From positions 1 to 38,814 of IMG/VR virus record IMGVR_UViG_3300031344_000003: DNA of 38,814 nt, one strand, 5' to 3'. Origin of the DNA: a virus (taxonomy: Duplodnaviria; Heunggongvirae; Uroviricota; Caudoviricetes). Below are positions 34,716-38,814 of this stretch, in pieces. The position numbers and the translations under genes are program-made. The notes beneath the pieces are model-generated. The model was given only the letters and a program-made list of their open reading frames with translations. It made no database searches and was not told where the DNA came from. Positions within the stretch are counted from its first letter, which is position 1, and the number at the start of each line of letters is the position of its first letter.

Positions 34716-34781
34716 CTAGCGCTTAAGCAGAGCGCGCAGCACGATGATCAAAACCAGTAGTGTCTGTAGGTTGTGAATCAC
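34716..34781 (-). CDS. 21-aa hydrophobic peptide MIHNLQTLLVLIIVLRALLKR (type I toxin-like or lysis peptide)
   Basis: GAAAGGAG SD 7 nt before GTG; hydrophobic core with basic C-terminus; lies in an otherwise non-coding gap; downstream terminator. Confidence 0.65.
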   Translation of the reverse strand: MIHNLQTLLVLIIVLRALLKR

Positions 34782-34813
34782 GGTGTGTCTCCTTTCTCGA
34801 AGGTGGGAGAAAT

Positions 34814-34845
34814 ATCAGGTCAACGGATGGTGCCGTTGACCTGAT
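34814..34845. other. perfect 13-bp hairpin in the leader of the peptide gene
   Basis: ATCAGGTCAACGG-ATGGTG-CCGTTGACCTGAT. Confidence 0.75.
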
Positions 34846-34878
34846 GCGTTTGTGGGGAACTATTGCCTTCACAGATCG

Positions 34879-34886
34879 TAAATAGG
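34879..34886 (-). promoter_or_regulatory. TATTTA-class promoter candidate for the peptide transcript
   Basis: Minus strand CCTATTTA, identical to 2127..2134. Confidence 0.45.
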
Positions 34887-34914
34887 TGATGGTTGTCGTA
34901 TAATACATGTTGGG

Positions 34915-35121
34915 ATGCCTCGTCATGTTCACGAATTTTCTGTGGGCGGTTTGTGGGCACAGATAACCATTCACATTGATACGTATTCACTCATGCAACA
35001 ATCCGCTTTCCGTGATACGGGTGCACACAGTGATGATCATTCAATGATGTTTGTGCGAAGTGATCTTCTCCACCTCTCCATTGTACGATCCCACCCATGC
35101 CCAGCGATTACTTGGTCGTGA
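34915..35121 (+). CDS. possible hypothetical protein
   Basis: Perfect TATAAT at 34899..34904 upstream; overlaps next gene; no motif recognised. Confidence 0.3.
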   Translation: MPRHVHEFSVGGLWAQITIHIDTYSLMQQSAFRDTGAHSDDHSMMFVRSDLLHLSIVRSHPCPAITWS

Positions 35122-35546
35122 CTGACGCAGAACGTGAAAACGCACGCCGCAAGGCGGAGATCATGGCCGCCAACATCATCCGTCGGGGCTGTGCAGGGGA
35201 CCGCTCGCGCGTGACGGTAGAAAGTGACTGCAACCGTGGCCTCATCGTCGAACAGCTCCGCAATCGAGGCGATGAGGCCTGGTGGAACGATCACTGGGAG
35301 AAAGCACAAGTGGTCGGCGATGACGGAGGCATTGACACCCGCGATGGGACTGACCTCAAGGTTATCAGGCCAGGCAATCGCTTCGTGTTTGTGAAGCGTC
35401 GCAGTGCCCGCGCGGAGAACTATGAGGCCTGGGAACTCGACGATGAGTGCATTTTTGCGAGGCGCATGGGCACCTTCACTCGCGGCGACATTCGCGACAA
35501 CATCTGGGGCGGTGTCAGCGGTGTCCTCGTCAGTGACCTGAAGTAG
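35097..35546 (+). CDS. hypothetical protein
   Basis: TACGAT-N7-ATG. Confidence 0.65.
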   Translation: MPSDYLVVTDAERENARRKAEIMAANIIRRGCAGDRSRVTVESDCNRGLIVEQLRNRGDEAWWNDHWEKAQVVGDDGGIDTRDGTDLKVIRPGNRFVFVKRRSARAENYEAWELDDECIFARRMGTFTRGDIRDNIWGGVSGVLVSDLK

Positions 35547-35944
35547 TGACCTTCTCCGCCTTTCCGTGGTACAGTCTACTCATGCCCAATGACGACGGCT
35601 CCGACGCAGGCCTCCGCCGCACCCACCTCCTCTACGAACTGTTGATCACCGAGCTCATTGTCGGCAGGAATACGATCGCCGATGAATTGACGAAGTCTAA
35701 ACTCGACCAAGATCCCTACTACCTGATGGGCCAAGCCTCCCTCAACGTCGCCCTGCACAGCGCTGCGTCGGCGTTGGAGGATAGCGGCCTGATCGACGAG
35801 GATTCGATGCGGTGCCGTGACTGCGGCATGCGCTTCGTCGACCACGATGAGGATACGCACAACGAAGACTTGCCCGAGATTCCGGGTGCAGCGACTTCGC
35901 CCGAGGGTTCTGCTCCCACCAAGCCGCCGAGCAAGCTGAACTGA
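35546..35944 (+). CDS. hypothetical protein
   Basis: TAGTG coupling; CRDC. Confidence 0.6.
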   Translation: MTFSAFPWYSLLMPNDDGSDAGLRRTHLLYELLITELIVGRNTIADELTKSKLDQDPYYLMGQASLNVALHSAASALEDSGLIDEDSMRCRDCGMRFVDHDEDTHNEDLPEIPGAATSPEGSAPTKPPSKLN

Positions 35945-36453
35945 TGTCTTGTGTTGTTTACGTCATTACCAATCGCGTCAATGGCAAACGATACGTTGGG
36001 AAAACGATCCACCAAACTACAAGGTGGGCAACCCATGTCAGGGCGGCATTTACAAGTGGGTCACAATATGCGATTCATCGCGCGATCCGTAAACACGGAA
36101 AAGAGAATTTTGACTTTCAGGTCGTCAGTGAGCACGCCACTGAAGAGGAAGCGTTTATCGAAGAAACTCGGTTGATCCGAGAGTTGAATACGACTAAACT
36201 GGGCTACAATATGAACGAGGGTGGGAAAGGTGGTATTTCACCGACCGAAGAGGTCAGACAAAAAATCGTTCTAAAAGCCACTGGTCGGAAGCAAAGCGCT
36301 GAACAACGACAACAGGAGAGTGAACGGACGACCGGATCAGGAAACCCGATGTACGGTCGTAAACAGAAGCCTGAAACGCTTGAGAAGATGCGTATCAAAC
36401 GTCTTGAATATTGGGCGAAGCGACGAGCTGAACGTACGTCTAAGGTACAATAA
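35944..36453 (+). CDS. free-standing GIY-YIG homing endonuclease with NUMOD3-like tail
   Basis: VVYVITNRVNGKRYVGKT, AIRKHGKENF, GYNMNEGG, GNPMYGRK. Confidence 0.88.
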   Translation: MSCVVYVITNRVNGKRYVGKTIHQTTRWATHVRAAFTSGSQYAIHRAIRKHGKENFDFQVVSEHATEEEAFIEETRLIRELNTTKLGYNMNEGGKGGISPTEEVRQKIVLKATGRKQSAEQRQQESERTTGSGNPMYGRKQKPETLEKMRIKRLEYWAKRRAERTSKVQ

Positions 36454-36456
36454 AAC

Positions 36457-38814
36457 ATGTCACGCGTTCCGAAGAAGTTTGTTGGTCTACACGCTCATAC
36501 AGGGTTTAGTCCCTTCGATGGACTTGGGTATCCGGATGAACACTTCATCTGGTGCATGGAAAACGGTTTGGACGCGCATACTATCACGGACCATGGTAAC
36601 TGCTCTGCTTATGCGCATGCCATGCTCTGGGCAGAAAAGTGGAACACTGAGCACAAAGACAAGCCCTTCAAGTATATTCCCGGCGTCGAGGCGTACTTTC
36701 ATCCCGATTTGGCGCAATGGTCTCGAGATAAGGCCGCCGCTGATCAAGCCACCATCGACAAGGCCGCCGCCAAGAAGCTACGCACCAAGCTCGAGATCCT
36801 GCAGACCAAGCTCGTCGTCAATACTGACGGCGATGACGAGTCGGAGTCAATTGAAGTCTCCAACGCCCTCACGCTTGAGGACGAGTCAGAATCGAAGAGC
36901 ACCAAGCACTTCAATCCTGTCAATCGTCGGCATCACCTCGTGCTACTACCCAAGAACCCTGCTGGTCTACTGAAGATCTTCGGTCTGGTGTCGCAGAGCT
37001 ATTTGACCGGATTTTACCGTTTCCCGAGGCTTGATGCCAAGATGCTGCGGGAAGCCTGTAAGGAAGGCAACATCATTGCCTCGTCTGCCTGCATTGCGGG
37101 TCAGCCTGCATACAGCGTCTTTCAAGAGGTGCAGAAGCTGAAGTTCGACGACCTAAACCAGGCGTTGCTCGACGATCCTACCACACTGGAGAAGTGCATC
37201 ACTGGTGTCGGTAACACTTACGACCTGATGACGTCGGTGCTGGGCGAAGGCAATTACTACCTCGAATTGCAGTTCAATAAACTACCCGCACAGAACCTCG
37301 TCAATCGAGCCATCATCGAGTTCGCTCGCCGAGCAGGCGTCACCAAGCAACTTATCGTCACCGCCGACTCCCACTATCCACGGCCAGAGCTGTGGAAAGA
37401 GCGCGAGCTGTACAAGAAGCTCGGCTGGATGAATGCGAAGGGAATCGACGCCGATTCGCTGCCCAAGTCGAGGGACGAGCTGAAGTGTGAGCTGTACCCG
37501 AAGAACGCATCGCAGGTGTGGGATGAGTACCTGCGCTCGAAGGTGGGGACGTCGTTCTATGATGACGATCTCGTCGCTGATGCAATTGAACGCACTCACG
37601 ACATCGCCCACCAAGTCATCGGCCCGGTGCCGCCCGATCGGTCACCCAAGTTTCCGAATGAGCGGCTGATCCCGAAGGGCACCAAGTCGTTCGATCACCT
37701 CGTCAAACTGTGCAAGGAGGGCCTGACCAAGAGGGGATTGCAGGACAAGCCTGCCTACGTTGAGCGGTTGAAGGAGGAGCTGGGCGTCATCAAGGCGATG
37801 AAGAATGCCGACTATTTCGTGTCATACCAGAAAATCATGGAGTTGGCGCGAAAAGTGGTACTATGTGGGCCTGGGAGAGGCAGTGGTGGTGGAAGTCTCG
37901 TCGCCTACGTGCTCTACATCACTGACCTCGACCCGTTGAGGTGGGAGCTCCCATTTTCTCGCTTTCTCTCGATCTACAGGAAAGGTGCGCCGGACATCGA
38001 CAGCGATCTCGCCGATCGCGACAAGGTGCTCGAGCAACTACGCAACTTCTTCGGCTTTGAGAACGTCGTCCCGATCAGCAACTACAACACCTTCAAGCTG
38101 AAGACGCTGGTCAAGGACATCGGCAAGTTCTACAGCGTGCCCTTCGAGGAGACCAATGCAGCAACAAGGACAGTGGAAGACGAAGTTCGCAAGGCAACGA
38201 TGAAGGAAAGCGACGACAAGAACCTTTTCACACTGACTTTTGATGATGCGATGTTGTATAGCCCGTCGTTCAAGGCCTTCATCGACAAGTACCCGCAGGT
38301 CGCCGAGAGCATCAAGATCCTGTTCAAGCAAAATCGTAGTTTAGGACGTCATGCTGGAGGTGTTCTCATAACTGATGACCTGCCTAACAAGATGCCGCTG
38401 GTCGCTAGTCACGGTGAACCTCAATCGCCCTGGGTAGAAGGCGTGGGATTTAAACATTTAGAATATATTGGTGCGTTTCTTAAGTACGATCTCTTGGGTC
38501 TTGAAACTTTGCGCTATATCGAGCGCGCAATTGAGTTGATCCTGATCAAGGAAGGCAATCCCAAGCCCACCTTTCCCGACATCAAGGCGTGGTACGACGC
38601 CCACATGGCACCCGATGTCATTGACTTCAACGACCAGAAGGTCTACGAGGTCTATGCCGAAGGCAAGTGGTCGGGCATCTTTCAATGTACGGGTCAAGGC
38701 GCCCAACGCCTGTTCAAGAAGGCTAAGCCCAAGTCGATCATCGACATCGCCGCCTTGACGTCGATCTATCGTCCCGGCCCATTGGCCGCCCACGTCGACA
38801 AGCTGTGGTTGGAG
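36457..38814 (+). CDS. dnaE: DNA polymerase III alpha subunit (partial, runs off right edge; absent from ORF track)
   Basis: Hand-translated: PHP motifs HAH..S.FDG, TDHGN, GVEAY, DSHY; GRGSGGGSLVAY; catalytic PDIDSD (37990..38007); GRHAGG; KYDLLGL; YRPGP at the end; no stop seen in the segments translated and frame consistent to 38814. Confidence 0.95.
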   Translation, partial: MSRVPKKFVGLHAHTGFSPFDGLGYPDEHFIWCMENGLDAHTITDHGNCSAYAHAMLWAEKWNTEHKDKPFKYIPGVEAYFHPDLAQWSRDKAAADQATIDKAAAKKLRTKLEILQTKLVVNTDGDDESESIEVSNALTLEDESESKSTKHFNPVNRRHHLVLLPKNPAGLLKIFGLVSQSYLTGFYRFPRLDAKMLREACKEGNIIASSACIAGQPAYSVFQEVQKLKFDDLNQALLDDPTTLEKCITGVGNTYDLMTSVLGEGNYYLELQFNKLPAQNLVNRAIIEFARRAGVTKQLIVTADSHYPRPELWKERELYKKLGWMNAKGIDADSLPKSRDELKCELYPKNASQVWDEYLRSKVGTSFYDDDLVADAIERTHDIAHQVIGPVPPDRSPKFPNERLIPKGTKSFDHLVKLCKEGLTKRGLQDKPAYVERLKEELGVIKAMKNADYFVSYQKIMELARKVVLCGPGRGSGGGSLVAYVLYITDLDPLRWELPFSRFLSIYRKGAPDIDSDLADRDKVLEQLRNFFGFENVVPISNYNTFKLKTLVKDIGKFYSVPFEETNAATRTVEDEVRKATMKESDDKNLFTLTFDDAMLYSPSFKAFIDKYPQVAESIKILFKQNRSLGRHAGGVLITDDLPNKMPLVASHGEPQSPWVEGVGFKHLEYIGAFLKYDLLGLETLRYIERAIELILIKEGNPKPTFPDIKAWYDAHMAPDVIDFNDQKVYEVYAEGKWSGIFQCTGQGAQRLFKKAKPKSIIDIAALTSIYRPGPLAAHVDKLWLE

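Noticed and set aside
36428-36451. CTGAAC as the -35 of the dnaE promoter
   Set aside because: Spacer to TACAAT is only 12 nt; only the -10 is counted.
1-38814. Stop-codon reassignment
   Set aside because: TAA, TAG and TGA all end genes at coupled junctions and no conserved gene is interrupted.
1-38814. tRNA genes, CRISPR arrays, reverse transcriptase/DGR, integrase
   Set aside because: No cloverleaf, spaced repeat array or corresponding motifs found by eye; tRNAscan/CRISPR tools would be needed to be definitive.

Overview
This looks like part of a large dsDNA bacteriophage genome (jumbo-like, fairly GC-rich, standard genetic code, densely coded, almost all on the + strand). It carries a replication/recombination and nucleotide-metabolism module: HD hydrolase, gp32-like SSB, RecA, 5'-3' exonuclease, DnaB/gp41-like helicase, class II RNR, ThyX-like protein, dTMP kinase, all-alpha NTP pyrophosphatase, and a DnaE running off the right end. 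Five free-standing, AT-richer homing-endonuclease-like genes are interspersed. Accessory genes include three DNA methyltransferases, two nucleotidyltransferases, a metallophosphoesterase, Hsp20, a fatty-acid-hydroxylase-family protein, an S66 LD-carboxypeptidase, a UDP-glucuronate decarboxylase and an HNH. Structures not in the ORF track: (1) a self-contained minus-strand locus encoding a 21-aa hydrophobic peptide, with a sequestered SD and a strand-specific terminator; (2) two promoter classes, sigma70-like and mostly leaderless (xTGAAC-N17-TAnnnT-N5-8-ATG) versus a TA[C/G/T]TTA motif; (3) 8-10 unrelated proteins sharing an N-terminal M[KR]xTxxxL[RK]xLIxE leader; (4) a dispersed paralog pair with DNA-level conserved anchors around a fixed-length variable segment; (5) several homing/gene-conversion scars. 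All family assignments come from motif recognition, not database searches.
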